Counted from the stretch's first letter, positions 1 to 13,229 are shown. The stretch: DNA of 64,000 bases from Felis catus (GCF_018350175.1 NC_058368.1:225620001-225684000), one strand, 5' to 3'. Translations and numbers: made by a program. The notes: a model not told the origin generated them from the letters alone.

Positions 1-7
1 TCATCAG
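1..7 (+). CDS. MYO10: MYO10 exon 4, last 7 nt (..L-I-S)
   Basis: tc atc ag|gtaacc; the phase-2 donor joins c ggc gaa of exon 5 to give L-I-S-G-E-S-G-A-G-K-T. Confidence 0.85.
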
Positions 8-764
8 GTAACCCGTCCCCCGTGAGGCCGGCGGAGGGACGGGAAGGGGACCCCCCCCCCCCGGAGAGCTGGTGGGTCCGCCGGCCCCCAGAGCACGAAA
101 CCTGCTCAGAACGTTCACGAGAAACAGGTCTACTAGGTGCCCCAGTTTCTCCGGTGGAGTTTTCTCTTTTGAGTGGCTTGATCCCTACGGCCTTCAAAAG
201 ACCCAAACTCGCTTAGGAAAAAAAAAGCAAGACGTACCAAAGTTGCTCACTCTGGGCCTCAGAAGAATTACTGCCTTCTTTTTCTTTTTCTTTCTTTCTT
301 TTTTTTTTTTTTTTTTGCACTACTTGCCTTAATTATTCTTTGGTTTATTCCATTGTGGCATGGTCCTTTTATACATTTAAGAAAACGCGTAATTCTTTCA
401 AATTTAAAAAGTGACAGGTATGCTAGAGTGAGAATGTATATTTGAGCAAGAGGTCTTTCTTTGTCTGATTTGATAAGGCTGCACAGCATTGCCCAAATTG
501 AAGAACTTTAATGATTTTGCACTGGGTGTTCCTGAAGTGTACCTTTGAATTCGCGACAGACAAGGCGCTTGCCGTGTGTGTGCTGAGGGAATGATGGAAG
601 GACGTGTTTATTTCCCTTTTTCTGGGAACGGAATAGGGTCTGGACGTCTCTGTTTCAGCCAAGTTGTACTCATTTCTTAAACTACCAAAAGACCCACTGT
701 CACAACCGATCACTAGGAACTGTCTCAAAAAGCAATAGAGTACATTTCCTTAAACATATTTCTT

Positions 765-980
765 GGGGCGCCTGGGTGGCTCAGTCGGTTAAGCGTCCGA
801 CTTCAGCTCAGGTCATGGTCTCACGGTTTGTGAGTTCGAGCCCTGTGTCGGGCTCTGTGCCGACAGCTCGGAGCCTGGAGCCTGCTTCAGATTCTGTGTC
901 CCTGTCTCTCTCTCTCTCTGCCCCTCCCCTGCGTGTGTGCACACTCACTCTCTCTCTCTCTCTTTCAAAAATACACATTA
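765..980 (+). mobile_element. Can-SINE (SINEC_Fc-like)
   Basis: GGGGCGCCTGGGTGGCTCAG tRNA-derived head, (CT)n, A-rich tail; TSD tatttctt. Confidence 0.95.
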
Positions 981-2166
981 AGACAGGTATTTCTTAATTT
1001 TTACTAACTAATTCAGATTGGCCTCATCACTTAAACTCTAGGGACATCCAATTGGATCTTTCTATTCCTTATAACACCCCGGGACGATATTCGCAGCAGA
1101 TGTGCTGAGCCTCCCTGCCAGTGAGGTTTCCGTGCAGTTACCGAAGCCTGGATTCTTTCCTGCTTCCAGGGCTGCATTCACGGGGCACGGCCGTCACTGA
1201 GAACCTGTGGTGTACCAAAACGGCTGGTGTGAAAGATAGTGGCTTCTGTTTTTGGCGACTTTCTAGTCCCAACTTGTGGCTAAAGAAGTCTATTATTTCA
1301 AGCGGGAAGGACAAGGCCGTTTGGATTTGGAGGAGATGTTCAATGAGACCCTCCTTTCCCCTTCCGGATTTCTGATTTCCATGGAAGTGAGACCGATGGG
1401 GAGCCATATGTTAACTTTAGACTTGGAGCCCGTGGGGCTGGCTAACACCGCAGCCCCAGATTAGACAGAACCTCCTGATCCGGATACAGGGCAGGTCAGC
1501 GGTGGCCACGATCACGATCACTGCGGGAAGCCAGTTCCCTGACCAGCCCTCCCCCCTCTCCCCCCGCCCCCGGCTCACCTGTCAGGGAAGCCGTCCTTGC
1601 TCCTGTAGGGAGGAAAGGGGGAGCATAGGGGCACGGGGAAGGGAACCGGGGGGCCCCCAGCCGAGGACGTTTGGGAGACACAGTGTCCCACGCGGTATGT
1701 GTTTGGGGATGAATGTGCTCACGGGGTTTGAAGGCTGGCTGTGAGGTGGACGCCGGGCAGGAACTTCTCAGGCATCAACTCACTGAAACCTTCCGACGGC
1801 CCTTTGGTGCGTGTGGCTGCTCTGTGGTATTTGCGGGCGCCACACGCAGAAAACTGCTTGAGGGATTGTATTCTTCTGACCGTTTTCACCCGTTGGCCTT
1901 GTGCACGGGTCCTTGCTTTTTGTAACAGGTCAGAATTGATACCACTAGAACAGCAGAACGTTGCCTTCCTCTTCCTCGTTCGACCTCACTCTCTGCCTCT
2001 TGTGGGGGAGGGAAGCATCCGGGCAGATACACTGTCTTGGCTTTATCACTTTTATGGTGCTCACGTCCTGGGCGGTGCAAGTAACTTGGATAGAGGGGCT
2101 ACCCATTTAGTTAGGGGAGCAAATATGAATCGTTATGACTTGAGGCTAATCGAAATGACGCTATTC

Positions 2167-2390
2167 GGGGTGCCTGGGTGGCTCAGTCTGTTAAGCGGCT
2201 GACTTCAGCTCAGGTCACGATCTCGCGGTCCGTGGGTTCGAGCCCCGCGTCAGGCTCTGTGCTGACAACTCAGAGCCTGGAGCCTGTTTCAGATTGTGTC
2301 TCCCTCTCTCTGATCCTCCCCTGTTCATGCTCTGTCTTTCCCTGTCTCAAAAATAAATAAAATGTTAAAAAAAATTTTTTTTTAAAAAAA
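2167..2390 (+). mobile_element. Can-SINE
   Basis: Full head and tail; TSD gaaatgacgctattc / ggaatgacactattc. Confidence 0.95.
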
Positions 2391-2774
2391 GGAATGACAC
2401 TATTCAATGTATTTTTTTAAAAAGGGAGGGGGCTTTCAAGGGTCCCATTGCCAGTAAAGGAACTTGCCCTGTGACTGCAAGCACATTGTTTGAAGCCTCT
2501 TCCAGATGACTTCAGCAAGGCTCAGAACTTAGACTTTAAGATCACCATTTCAGCTTGCAGAAAATAATTTAATAAGATGAACAGAAAGGAAGAAAACATC
2601 TATTTTAAGAAGGTTGGTTTTCCACACTCAGGTACCTAACTATTTGCCACTGATAATGGCCTGTGTTACTCACTTTCATTGGAAAAAAATGAGAGAATCC
2701 CTTGTCTGTCGCTTACTTGCTCGACAGAGCAGCTTAGGAAGAAAGTGAAAAATCAAATGAGATCATTGTGCATG

Positions 2775-2777
<3 letters not shown>

Positions 2778-2812
<35 letters not shown>
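2778..2812. repeat. (TG)n microsatellite
   Basis: Read directly from the sequence. Confidence 0.95.
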
Positions 2813-2817
<5 letters not shown>

Positions 2818-3142
2818 AAACGGAAAGCGGTTGGCATTTTCACGCCCAAGACTGTGGTATTTAAAATAAGGGGGGAGGTAGAGGGTGAGTGGATCCCGGC
2901 TAGAAAGCTCTCATTGTGAAATACTGATGTGAACAGAGTAACTGTATTTATCTAAATTAACTCAGGAAATGGAGTCTTTAAGAATAGAGTTCTCATTAAA
3001 ATGTGTCTTGTTTAATCTCTCCAGTTGTTTTTTTTTTTTTTTAATGGGGATGGGGGCTGTGGGAATTTACAGAAAATTGAGTATAAAAATACAAATTGCA
3101 GGTTACTGTATGTAGCCCTGTGTAGATTTCCTCAGGCGTGAT

Positions 3143-3156
3143 CTGCCCCCTGGTGG
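3143..3156 (-). promoter_or_regulatory. CTCF core motif
   Basis: Minus strand reads CCACCAGGGGGCAG, a near-consensus CTCF core. Confidence 0.55.
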
Positions 3157-3904
3157 ATACAATGTGTTTTACTACCTTGAAAACCTTTTCTCATGCGATC
3201 CCTTAAAATCAGAAAGTAGGCCTGTTTGGAATTAGGACTTCAGACATCGATTATTCCCTCATTTCACGAGCCTGGGTCCCTTGGCCAAGGTCCCCATCTC
3301 TTTGGTGGCAAGCTGAGTCTCTAGGCTTCTAGCCCAAGCCTCTCGTGTTGGTTTTACTTAGAAGGTTGTTACCTCTCCTAAGCTCTAATTTTTGCCTTTT
3401 TGTGCACATTTAAGCAAATGCTTATGCTATTACAGTTTTTAAAATATCAATCTATGTTTGAAATTTGAGAATTTTTCTGTTTTTTTTTTTCATCTAGCTG
3501 GCAAGATCAGCATTTGATTTTGTTTGATCTGGTGCATTCTACGTTGACCTCAGTTTCTCACACCTTGATTGGACAGGCAGGGTTTAGTTTATCAGGGCCT
3601 ATCAGGATACGTGACCTTCTCAGGTGTGTCGTGTAAGTCAGGCCTGTGCCTGATTCATCCATGAAACTCAGTGTCCGAGTGTCTGGTAAGAGGGCCAGCA
3701 TTCAACCGGGGTGTCCAGAGTGGCTGGGTTTAGGACCTTTGCTTCCTTTGCATGTTCGGTGTTCCAAAACTGAAGCGATTTCTTTTCCATTCTGGAATGA
3801 TAATTAAGTGTTCCATCTTTTTCTGTTTCTAGTGATGTACTTAGAAATGATGGGGTTGGAACAGTGAACAAAACTTGTGTCCTGGATTAGAAGGGCACCA
3901 ACCT

Positions 3905-4134
3905 GGGGCGCCTGGGTGGCTCAGTCGGTTAAGTGTCTGACTTCCGCTCAGGTCATGATCTCATGGTCCCTGAGTTCAAGCCCTGCGTCGGGCTCTGTGC
4001 TGATGGCTCAGAGCCTGGAGTCAGCTTCGGATTCTGTGTCTCCCTCTCTCTCTTTGGCCCCTTCCCCTGTGCATGCTTGTGCGCACGCTCTCTCTCTCTC
4101 AAAAAAAAAATAACATTAAAATATTTTTTTTTTT
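3905..4134 (+). mobile_element. Can-SINE
   Basis: Full element; TSD ggcaccaacct. Confidence 0.95.
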
Positions 4135-4927
4135 AAAGGCACCAACCTGAATTAGGCATGAGGCATGCGTGCCTCGTGCTCATGTAATATGGCAGGTTGC
4201 TGTGCTAGAATTTGGGGATTAAGAAAAAATGAAATAAAATCCAATCGTTGCCTTCAGGAACTTCTCCTCTGATGGGAAGAAACTGATAGAGCTAAGTAAT
4301 TTCAATATAGGCTACCAAAAGCTATACTAGAAATGTGTCCATGGTCGCTCAGAGAGGAGGTGGTAGGTCCTCGGGAAGGAACTCGGTCAGTACTTCATGG
4401 AGAAAAGGGTGTATGGTTATGAGTCAGAGAATGTGTGGGAATATGGCTGGCATGAAGGAGAGGAAGGGCACAGAAGCGCTTGTAAAAGCATCGATGTTTG
4501 GACCAACGAGGGTAGTTAGGAAGTGGAAAGCAGCCCATGAGGCTGTGGGGTTTGCTGAGGGACACGAAGGGCTGGGGTTGGAAAGGCAAGGAAAGGGAAT
4601 TGAAAGACACGTGTGTGCGTCATCCCCAGACAAGCCCAAGAGGACTTTCCGCGGGGACACTGAGGCTCTGTGCTGTTAAGTGACTTTCCAGAGGCCTCAG
4701 CTGTGAGCAGTAGACCCAGGATTGAGCTCCAGTCTCCCCGTGTCATTTTAGAACGGACTCCTCCTTGCTGGTGCAGGACACGTGTTCAGGGCTTTGTCCT
4801 GCTTGCGGAGACCCGTGCGCTGAATCCCACGCAGGCGGACACTCGCCTGCGTCCTCTGCCAAGCAAGGATCTCGAGAGCATCGTGTGAATTAAGAATTTG
4901 ATTCACACAGGACTGAGAATGTTTGCC

Positions 4928-5118
4928 GGGTGTCCACAAAGTGTTCTACGAGGAGCCAGGAGTATATACTTCAAGCTTCGTGAGTCGGTCTTGTTACAAC
5001 TACTCGACTCTGCCCTTTGAGGACGAGAACACTCACGAGCTGGTCTGTGTTCCAATAAAACTTTATTTATAAAAACAGGCAGCAGAGCGGATCTGGGGCC
5101 ATAGTTTGTGGGCACCAG
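4928..5118 (-). mobile_element. MER58A-like hAT-Charlie DNA transposon
   Basis: Diagnostic tgttccaataaaactttattt-aaaacaggcagc core. Confidence 0.75.
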
Positions 5119-5229
5119 GGCAGGTATCTGGGAGACTAGCCTGTGTGGGTGGGTAAAGGGCCTTGTTCACATCAAGGGGCCCTTTCCTTCATGTGGGTTC
5201 GGAATCCCTCCTCTCTGCTTTCTTGCGGG

Positions 5230-6215
5230 CTTTGCTCTCTGTCTTTGGGCCTCCCTGCCCCCTGATTCTCTGATTTCTCCCTTTCTACTGGATCCTTGGC
5301 ATTTCTAGTACGTTCCATCCTTTAAAAAAATATATTCACCTTTGGTTCCGTATCGCCCTTAGGCCACACACCTCCCCCACTCCTTTCATGGTGCGCCATC
5401 ATCGCCCTCATCGTGGGTCGCTTCCTTGTTCCCTGGGGCTCCCCAGTCATCCTCCACCAGCTCCTCTTCCGTCAACCTTTCCGTCTCTGGGTGTGCAGGA
5501 CTCCCTGGCCTCAGACCCCTCCACCCTCCCCCGCAAGTTTCTCCTCTGAGTTCCAGATGTGTGTCCAAGTGCCTCTGAGGTCCCATCACAGAGATGGCTC
5601 ATGGGCATCTCAGAGCACGTCCTACATTCATCCGAAGCTTCTCCCAGACGTGTGTCCCTCCTCTCCTGTTCTCATGCTCAGCAGGTGGACTCCATGCCAC
5701 CGGGTCACAAGCCTGAGGTCAAGAAGTCCTTCTTGGAACTAGAAGTTCTTCTCCGCCACATGCCCCCTCCCGCCCCCCCATTAAGGTAGAATCGTGCACA
5801 GTAAAGCACCCCGATCTCACGGAGACGGCTCTCTGGGTTTTGCCAGCTGTGCAGGCCTGTGTGGCAACACTAGGATCACCCCCCTGGCAAGCTCCCCGGG
5901 CTCTCAGGAGTCCTTCCCTGCATGTCGCTGTCCCTTACCACCCTCCTGACCGGGGCTGTCCGTGTCGTTCCACCCCCACCCCCCCACCATCTTTCCCGGG
6001 GCCGCTCACTTCTCGTCTCCACCGCCCCTGCGTCCTCTCCCTGTCTCCCTGCGTCCTCTCCGGCCTCCCTCCATGCATTCACCACACTCCATACTCTGCA
6101 CAGAGCGATTTAAAACCATGAACTTGGTCATGACCGCCTCCTGCTCAAAAAACTGTCTTGTGACTTTGATTCTGCCTATGAAAACTTCTCAAAGCTTTTA
6201 CTATGGCCTGTGAGG
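5230..6215 (+). mobile_element. Degenerate L2 LINE fragments
   Basis: ctctgagttccagatgtgtgtccaagtgcc...gggcatctca resembles the recalled L2 3' consensus. Confidence 0.55.
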
Positions 6216-6700
6216 CCCCCGTATCAGTGATTGGGGTTATTTTTCTTTTCTTTCTTTTTTTTTTTTTTTGTTTTTTTGTTGTTGTTTTCATAGTTTTTTG
6301 TTTCGCTTTCAGCAGGCTAAGCTCATGTTGGTTCTGGGAGAACACATGTTCTCTGAAGCCCATGTTTGTGTCAGCAGTCACGTTGACACCAAGGGTTAGG
6401 ACCGTAATTGCCGTGGGCTGATGAGAAGGACTGGATGTGTAAGCGATGTGTTTGCTTTTCGTGGAGGTAGAGTAACATCGTAATCGCTGGACGAGTCACT
6501 GTTGTACAGCGGCTAGAAGAAAGGAACAAGGTGGAAGAAACGAGTCACCACGCCGCCCGTGGTGGAAGAAAGACACCAGGCTCCGCACCCAGGTAGTGAG
6601 ACCGTCACACTACAAAGCAGTGACGCTAACCAGTAGGTTAGAATTAGTCCTGTTCATTTGGATTTTTTTTTTTTTGGCGTTCTACTTTTGCTTATATTCT

Positions 6701-7531
6701 TTTTTTTTGATTTAACTTTATTTTTTATTTCTTACAATGTACGTCCAAATTAGTTAGTATATAGTGAAGCAATGATTTCAGTAGATTCCTTATGCCCCTT
6801 ACCCGTTTAGCCCGTCCCCCCTCCCACAACCCCTCCAGCAACCCTTAGTTTGTTCTCCATATTTATGAGTCTCTTCTGTTTTGTCCCCCTCCCTGGTTTT
6901 ATATTATTTTTGTTTCCCTTCCCTTACGTCCGTTTTGTCTCTTAAAGTCCTCATAGGAGTGAAGTCATATGATTTTTGTCTTTCTCTGAATAATTTCACT
7001 TAGCATAATACCCTCCAGTTCCACCCACGTAGTTGCAAATGGCAAGATTTCATTCTTTTTGATTGCCGAGTAATGCTCCGTTGTATATATATACCACATT
7101 TTCTTTATCCATTCATCCACCAATAGACATTTGGGCTCTTTCCAGACTTTGGCTATTCTCGATAGTGCGGCTATAAACATTGGGATGCATATGCCCCTTC
7201 GAAACAGCACACCTGTATCCCTTGGATAAATGCCTAGTAGTGCAATTGCTGGGTCGTAGGGTAGTTCTATTTTTAGTTTTTTGAGGACCCTCCATCCTGT
7301 TTTCCAGAGTGGCTGCACCAGCTTGCATTCCCACCAACAACGCAAAAGAGATCCTCTTTCTCCGCATCCTCGCCAACATCTGTTCTTGCCTGAGTTGTTA
7401 ATGTGAGCCATTCTGACAGGTGTGAGGTGGTATCTCACTGTGGTTTTGATTTGCATTTCCCTGATGATGAGTGATGTGGAGCATCTTTTCATGTGTCGGT
7501 TGGCCGTCTGGATGTCTTCTTTGGAGAAGTA
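6701..7531 (-). mobile_element. 5'-truncated carnivore L1 (ORF2 C-terminus, 3'UTR, polyA)
   Basis: ORF 6965-7492(-) is the L1 ORF2 cysteine-rich C-terminus ([28 protein letters not shown]); 18-bp TSD with 15/18 identity at 6683-6700 and 7533-7550. Confidence 0.95.
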
Positions 7532-7634
7532 TTACTTTCGCTTGTATGCTTAAGTTTGGCTTTCTAGTTCTGTGATTACGGTTCACAAGGAAGGAAGGGG
7601 ATACCTAGTTCTGGGTATCACTGTGCTGTAACAT

Positions 7635-8398
7635 ACGTGTTCTGTCGTATTCTCCACGTTACCTAGCAGTAACTCAGTTCTGAGACGGTCTACCTGGAGA
7701 TGATGTCTCATCCCACAGGTTAAGGGCTCAGTCCCCCAAGGCTGCCGTCTCCGTGTTCCCCACCCCCCACTTCAGGTACCAGTCACAATTCCGAGTTGTC
7801 ACCTGTGCTGCTGATTCGCCGGGCTATAGATTGGAGGTTCCAACGGATCCACTCCTTTGTTTGATTAATTTGCTAGAGTGGCTCACAGAACTCAGGAAAC
7901 CAGTTTCCTTACTGGATTACCGGTTTATTATAAAAGGATATGACTCAGAAAGAGCTGGAAGAGATGGGTAGGATGAGATCTGGGGAAAAGGCCATCGGCT
8001 TCCCTCCAAGGGTTCACCAATCCGGAAGCTGCCGGAACAGCATCTCCCACCCCCATTTTCGTGGATTTCTATGCCAGCTTCATCACCTAGGCATGAACGA
8101 TTAAATCGTTGACTGTGGGTATTGAATTCAATCTCTTGCCCCTCTCCCCTCCCCGAAGGCCAGTGGTGGGGGGAGGAATCGAAAGTCCCAACCTTCTAAT
8201 TCTGTTATTGGCTCTTCAGGCAACCAGCCCCGCCCAGTCTTTGGTTACCTGGGTGCTTTCCAAAAGTCACCTCATTAACATAACAAATGACATCTTTATT
8301 GCTGTCGTCATTTAGGAAATTCCAAGTGTGTTAGGAGCTCTGTCAGAAAGGAGGATGAGGACCCAATATATATTATAATAAATAATCACACTATCACA
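7635..8398 (-). mobile_element. MER21-like solo LTR (ERV)
   Basis: cccacaggttaagggctcagtccc, aatttgctagagtggctcacagaactcaggaaa and a TG terminus at 8398 match the recalled MER21 consensus. Confidence 0.75.
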
Positions 8399-8504
8399 CG
8401 TATTTAGCATGTATATTATATGCTGCATAGATAATAATGATGGTTAACTTGAAAATGTCTGGATTGGGGATGATTGGTGATCTTCCTCACCACCCTACTC
8501 CCTT

Positions 8505-8692
8505 ATTTCATGTTTGTTTGTTTCTTTAGAGAAAGAGTGAATAAGGAGGGGGCGGGGGAGAGAATCCCAAGCAGGCTCCCTGCCGTCAGCCCAGAGCTTG
8601 ACACAAGGCTCGAACTCACAAACCTGTGAGATCACCACTGGAGCTGAAATCAAGAGTCGGACACTTACCCAGCGGAGCCACCCAGGCGCCCC
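8505..8692 (-). mobile_element. Can-SINE
   Basis: Reverse head gagccacccaggcgcccc. Confidence 0.9.
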
Positions 8693-9414
8693 TCTATTAA
8701 AAGAACTACTTGACGGGACAGCAGTGACCTCTCAGTGGGGCCCTACTGTCCTCCCTTCAGTCCCCTGGACTTTGGCCCTGCTGGCTGCTTTTCCTTCCTC
8801 CAGGGCACTGAGCAGGGTCCTCCCGTGGGTCTCCCCGCTCTCCCTTCAATTTGCACCCACTTGTCTCCCGTGCATGTTTTCATTTTTTGGTCTCCCTATC
8901 AGTGTGCCGCCCGACCCTCCTGCTCCCCCCAAAAAGGTCTTTACTGAGCCCTTACCGTCCACCGAAATCTGAACTTTCCTGTCCTCTGGGACACTTGTGA
9001 CTCCTTGCTCGGTGTCTTTGTGCTGCTAGATCACAGACAGACTGTGCCATTTCACGCATCCGTGCTTTGTGAGCCCTGAGTGCAGCCTGACACGTAGCAG
9101 GTGCGCAGATGTTTAAGGAGGGAAGGAATTACCTGCAGAGATGCTCTTCCTCCATTGCTTCGAAGATTGCATTGGTTTGACCCTCAGTAAACTTTTCACG
9201 TCACAGGCAGGGGCGGGAGGAGGAGGAGGGAGAAGTGGGGGGGGGGGTGTTCCTTAAATGTGTATGACCCGCGGAGAGTCCTGTCACCTTGTGATCAGGT
9301 TACCTTTACCCTCTGCCTTGTTCAGGTAACACTTCCGTGGCTCCGTATGTGGTAGCCCCCACCTGTCCCCTCCTGCTCTGGTCCTCTCTGAATTTTGTGA
9401 AACTGCTTTCAAGA

Positions 9415-9793
9415 GTAGCAGTTCCCAAACCTGGCCTCATGGTAGAATCCTCTGGAAATTTTTATTTTTTTTTAATTTTAATTTTTTTTAAACTTTATTT
9501 ATTTTGAGAGAGACAGAGACAGTGCAAGTAGGGGAGGGGGAGGGAGAGAGGGAGACAGAGAATCCCAAGGAGGCTCCACGCTGCCTGCGCTGAGCCCGAT
9601 GCGGGGCTCCAACCCACGAGACCGGGAGATCATGACCTGAGCTGAAACCAAGAGTCGGACGCGTCACCGACTGAGCCACCCAGGCGCCCCTGGAAATTTT
9701 TAAAAAATACCGACAGTTGAGTTCTACGCCTTACAGTTCAGGTTAGAGGTGTATTAGGTGATTCTGATGTGCAACCATGTTTGAGAACTGTGG
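9415..9793. mobile_element. MER5-like hAT transposon interrupted by a SINE
   Basis: Ends cagttcccaaac... and ...ggtgattctgatgtgcaaccatgtttgagaactgtg form terminal inverted repeats around the SINE. Confidence 0.6.
9465..9690 (-). mobile_element. Can-SINE
   Basis: TSD tggaaattttta at 9453-9464 and 9691-9702. Confidence 0.95.
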
Positions 9794-10324
9794 TCACAGA
9801 GCACCGTTCAAGTCGGGGTTTTATTTTGTTTCAAGATTTAATTCTGTGCCAAAAAAGATGTACTTAAAGAAGGTGCTGGAAAAAAGTATGCTAGAGTGAG
9901 AAAAAATGTGACTGCAGATTGCTATAGACCGATATCCATGACTGGTTCATGGCAGTGAGAGTCTTGGGTTTTCTTCTCTTTGACCAAGTCTTGCTCTTGA
10001 ATTTGAACCGTATCTGCTCTGTGATCGAATCTTTAACATGTTATATTTGTCAGGGTAAGCTAATGGCTGTAACAACCAGCACCCCCCCCCCCCCAATCTC
10101 AGGAACATTACACAGGAATGCTTTACTTCTTGCTCATTTTGCAGCCCCACAAGGGAAGGCAAGAAGACTTGACTTTAGTCTGCGTGTCATTTTGTTTAGA
10201 GATGTGTCAACCCTGAGGGCACCCAGGTGGTGGGCAAAGAATGGAGGACAAAGAAATGCATTTGGGGAACACGTGACATCATTTCTGTCTCATACGTTTT
10301 AACTAGAGAACTTGGTTTTTTAAG

Positions 10325-10327
<3 letters not shown>

Positions 10328-10374
<47 letters not shown>
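10328..10374. repeat. (TG)n microsatellite
   Basis: Read directly from the sequence. Confidence 0.95.
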
Positions 10375-10378
<4 letters not shown>

Positions 10379-12364
10379 GAGTCAACAACTAGATAGATGT
10401 ATATATATATTTTTTCAAATGCCAAGCATTACTTAAATCTCTTCTTGCAATTTTTCTCTCTTAGTTTATGTCATTCATTCAGTGCTTGACTGCTGAATGC
10501 CCTCTGTGTGCCAGACCCTGGCCTAGACAGGTGCCAGTGACGTGAAGATGTGCGTACTAGCAAGATTCTGGTTGTTGGTAACAGAAAACCCAGCCGAAGT
10601 TGTCCCAACTCAGATGACACCGGGCAGGGCAGTTTCGGGTCTGGGGATTCAGCCATGCCTGCCGGGCCTTCTCTGATTTTCTTGGGTTTTGCTTTATTGT
10701 CCCAAGATAGGTGTGGATTCCCAGGTACTGTCTGCAGCAGGGGGGAGGTCTCTGCCTGGTGTCTCTTGTGTGTACACAAAGCCCCCCACGAGCCCTTAGC
10801 ACGCTCGACATGAAGTCTCTCCGGCCGGAGTCCTCACACCAGCCCGTGATCTACCCTGGTCACTTACAGAGGGAACGGTGTTACCGAGAGTTGCCTAGAC
10901 CAGTGTAGATTCCCCGTGGGTCTGTGGGACCCAGCCGGACGTGGCTGTTGTCATCTCTGAGTCACTCCCTTTCCTTTATTACGTGTGGTTAATCATTTCC
11001 CATTTCAGCAAAATTCCTCTTGCGTAACTTCCCAGATCGTGGCACTCAACGAGGGCAGCTTTCTCAGGACCACGCGGAGCTCATCCGTGTATCTCGCCCA
11101 CTTAGCAGTTACGAAGGCGCTGCTTTCGTATATTGTTGGTGTTGCTCTTCTGTTGCTCAGACCTTTCGTTGACTTTTCTTACAAGTTCCCTGCCTTTGGC
11201 TACGTCTGTTCTCCCCAAAGTACCGGACATGGTGCCTTACACAAAATTGAGTGTCTCCTTTCAAATCCCTGGTCTCCATGCCTGCTTGTCCATATCCGGC
11301 GGGGCTGAGCTTGTCCGGGGCGTGACCACCAGCAACAGCTGGCCTCCCGAGAGCCCGCGCGCTCCTTCTGGAGCATTACCTCCAGAGCCGTGTTCCTTCC
11401 AGGCCACCTCGATGAGCTTAGTCTTCGCCGTCTGTCTCCTGTCTCCGGCGGTTGGCCCTGAGCCATCAAACTGGATCCTGTGGGCTCTCTCTCTCTCTCT
11501 CTCTGCCGCCTCTGATCTCAGTGCAGCTGACCCAACCAGAATCCTGCCCCCCCGTGGGTCTTCCCGAGCTCATCTGGCCCTGGTGCCCCACTCTTTCCCT
11601 TTCCTCTCCGTGGGACTCACGTTTGCCGGTCCGTTAAGGTGCAACTTGAACCTTGTTTACTTCGCTCACCGGCCTCCCCTCCCCGCGTGCTGCTGCGTTC
11701 CCTGGCCCTTAATTGTCACGAAAGCGTGATCTCTGCAGGATGTTGGACCCAGACCTGGCGTTACATCCTGGCTCGGACGCTTAGCCTCCCTCGTAGGACT
11801 GTTGCGAAAGCGATGATACAATGATTCACTGTGGGTCGAGTACCTGTGGGGTACCCTTGTCCCCTTCAATCATATTTATGAATAATTGCATTTTTGTGCA
11901 TATTTATTTGCCTGCTTTCAGTTCCCCAGAATGACGTTGTTGGTGTGCCTGTTCATGTGACGAGCACTTAATACCAAGTGCCTGTCACCAGCACCGGAGG
12001 TGCTGTGGAGATGGCTGGGGACGCTCGAGTGACCAAAGCAGAGATCTTTGCTCATTTCGGGGCCTCTCTGGAAGGATAGGCGCCTTCCAGCCTCTTACCT
12101 TAACTTAGTGGGGGTGGTTCCGTTTTCTTCCCACGCCACAGAGGCCTTTGCAAGTGCCAGAAACGGTGTGGCCAGAGCTTTCACTGCCCTTCAGAAGCTT
12201 GCCTCGTGGGACCGACATTTCGACCTCCGTTTTCCCGCCTTCCAACAGGTGTTCTGTGGACAAACTGGAGGGACGTGGGTCACACTGAGTTTCGTTTCTT
12301 TTTTGGTTGTGTGTTTGTTTCTCCTTGCAAGTAGAAGCCCAAGCTTGTGCATTTTGTTTTGCAG

Positions 12365-12499
12365 CGGCGAAAGTGGGGCAGGGAAAACCGAAAGCACCAA
12401 ATTGATCCTCAAGTTTTTATCGGTCATCAGTCAACAGTCTTTGGAACTATCCTTAAAAGAGAAGACATCCTGTGTCGAACAAGCTATCCTCGAAAGCAG
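12365..12499 (+). CDS. MYO10: MYO10 exon 5 (P-loop, loop 1), 135 nt
   Basis: ttttgcag|c...gaaagcag|gtatgt; GESGAGKTESTKLILKFLSVISQQSLELSLKEKTSCVEQAILES. Confidence 0.98.
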
Positions 12500-12913
12500 G
12501 TATGTCGGGATCATGTTCCTTCTTTCAGATAAATAGGACTTACTGTCCTCCCTGTTGGCGAATTTAAGGATGAGTTAGAATCAGTGGGTCTGTTTTCTCT
12601 TTTTCTTCTCTTTTATAATTCCTCGAGAAGTCCCAGCATGCACATAGCAGTTTCCAATAACCTGACCTGTCTCCCCCGCTGCCCCCCGTCCCCACCCCTG
12701 GGCCAGGTTGGAGGTGGTGACTGAGTGATTCGGAGGAACGTTCTGTAGCCTCCTCTTACAGCGAGCCCTCGACTCGCTTTTGTGGAGGCCTTGTGACGGG
12801 CAGAAATTTCAGCCTCTGGCCACTGTGTAACAGAGGTCTTAGCACAGCGATGAGGGAGCCTCTGCTCAACATCCAGCCCTGTGGAGGCACCATGTTGGCA
12901 AGATGGCATTTTT

Positions 12914-13121
12914 TACAAATTTGTTTAATGTTTATTTATTGTTGAGAGACAGAGCATGATCACGGGAGGGGAAACGAGAGGGAGAGACACAGAATCCGAA
13001 GCAGGCTCCAGGCTCCGAGCTGTCAGCACGGGGTCCGACGCGGGGCTCGAACTCGCAAACCGCGAGATCATGACCTGAGCCGAAGTCGGACGCTCAACCG
13101 ACTGAGCCACCCAGGCGCCCC
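12914..13121 (-). mobile_element. Can-SINE
   Basis: TSD aagatggcattttt. Confidence 0.95.
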
Positions 13122-13229
13122 AAGATGGCATTTTTGTAGCCTCCCACGTGGCAGAAGGTCACTGAGACCTTTGATGGCAGCGAGCTTTTGAAAGAGGGCT
13201 GTGTGGGGAGGTATCCTCTGAATTTTTAT

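Noticed and set aside
765..850. tRNA-like A and B boxes in SINE heads
   Set aside because: tRNA-derived SINE heads followed by (CT)n, polyA and TSDs; not functional tRNA genes.
776..997. Recurrent MAQSVKRPTSAQV... ORFs throughout the window
   Set aside because: They are translations of Can-SINE copies, not a protein family.
11133..11729. 198-aa ORF, the longest in the track
   Set aside because: Non-ATG start, low-complexity composition including a (CT)n run, and no recognisable domain or splice context.
12048..12536. ORFs extending MYO10 exons (also 15958, 23768, 25282, 28672, 31428)
   Set aside because: Only the parts between splice sites match myosin; the rest is intronic read-through.
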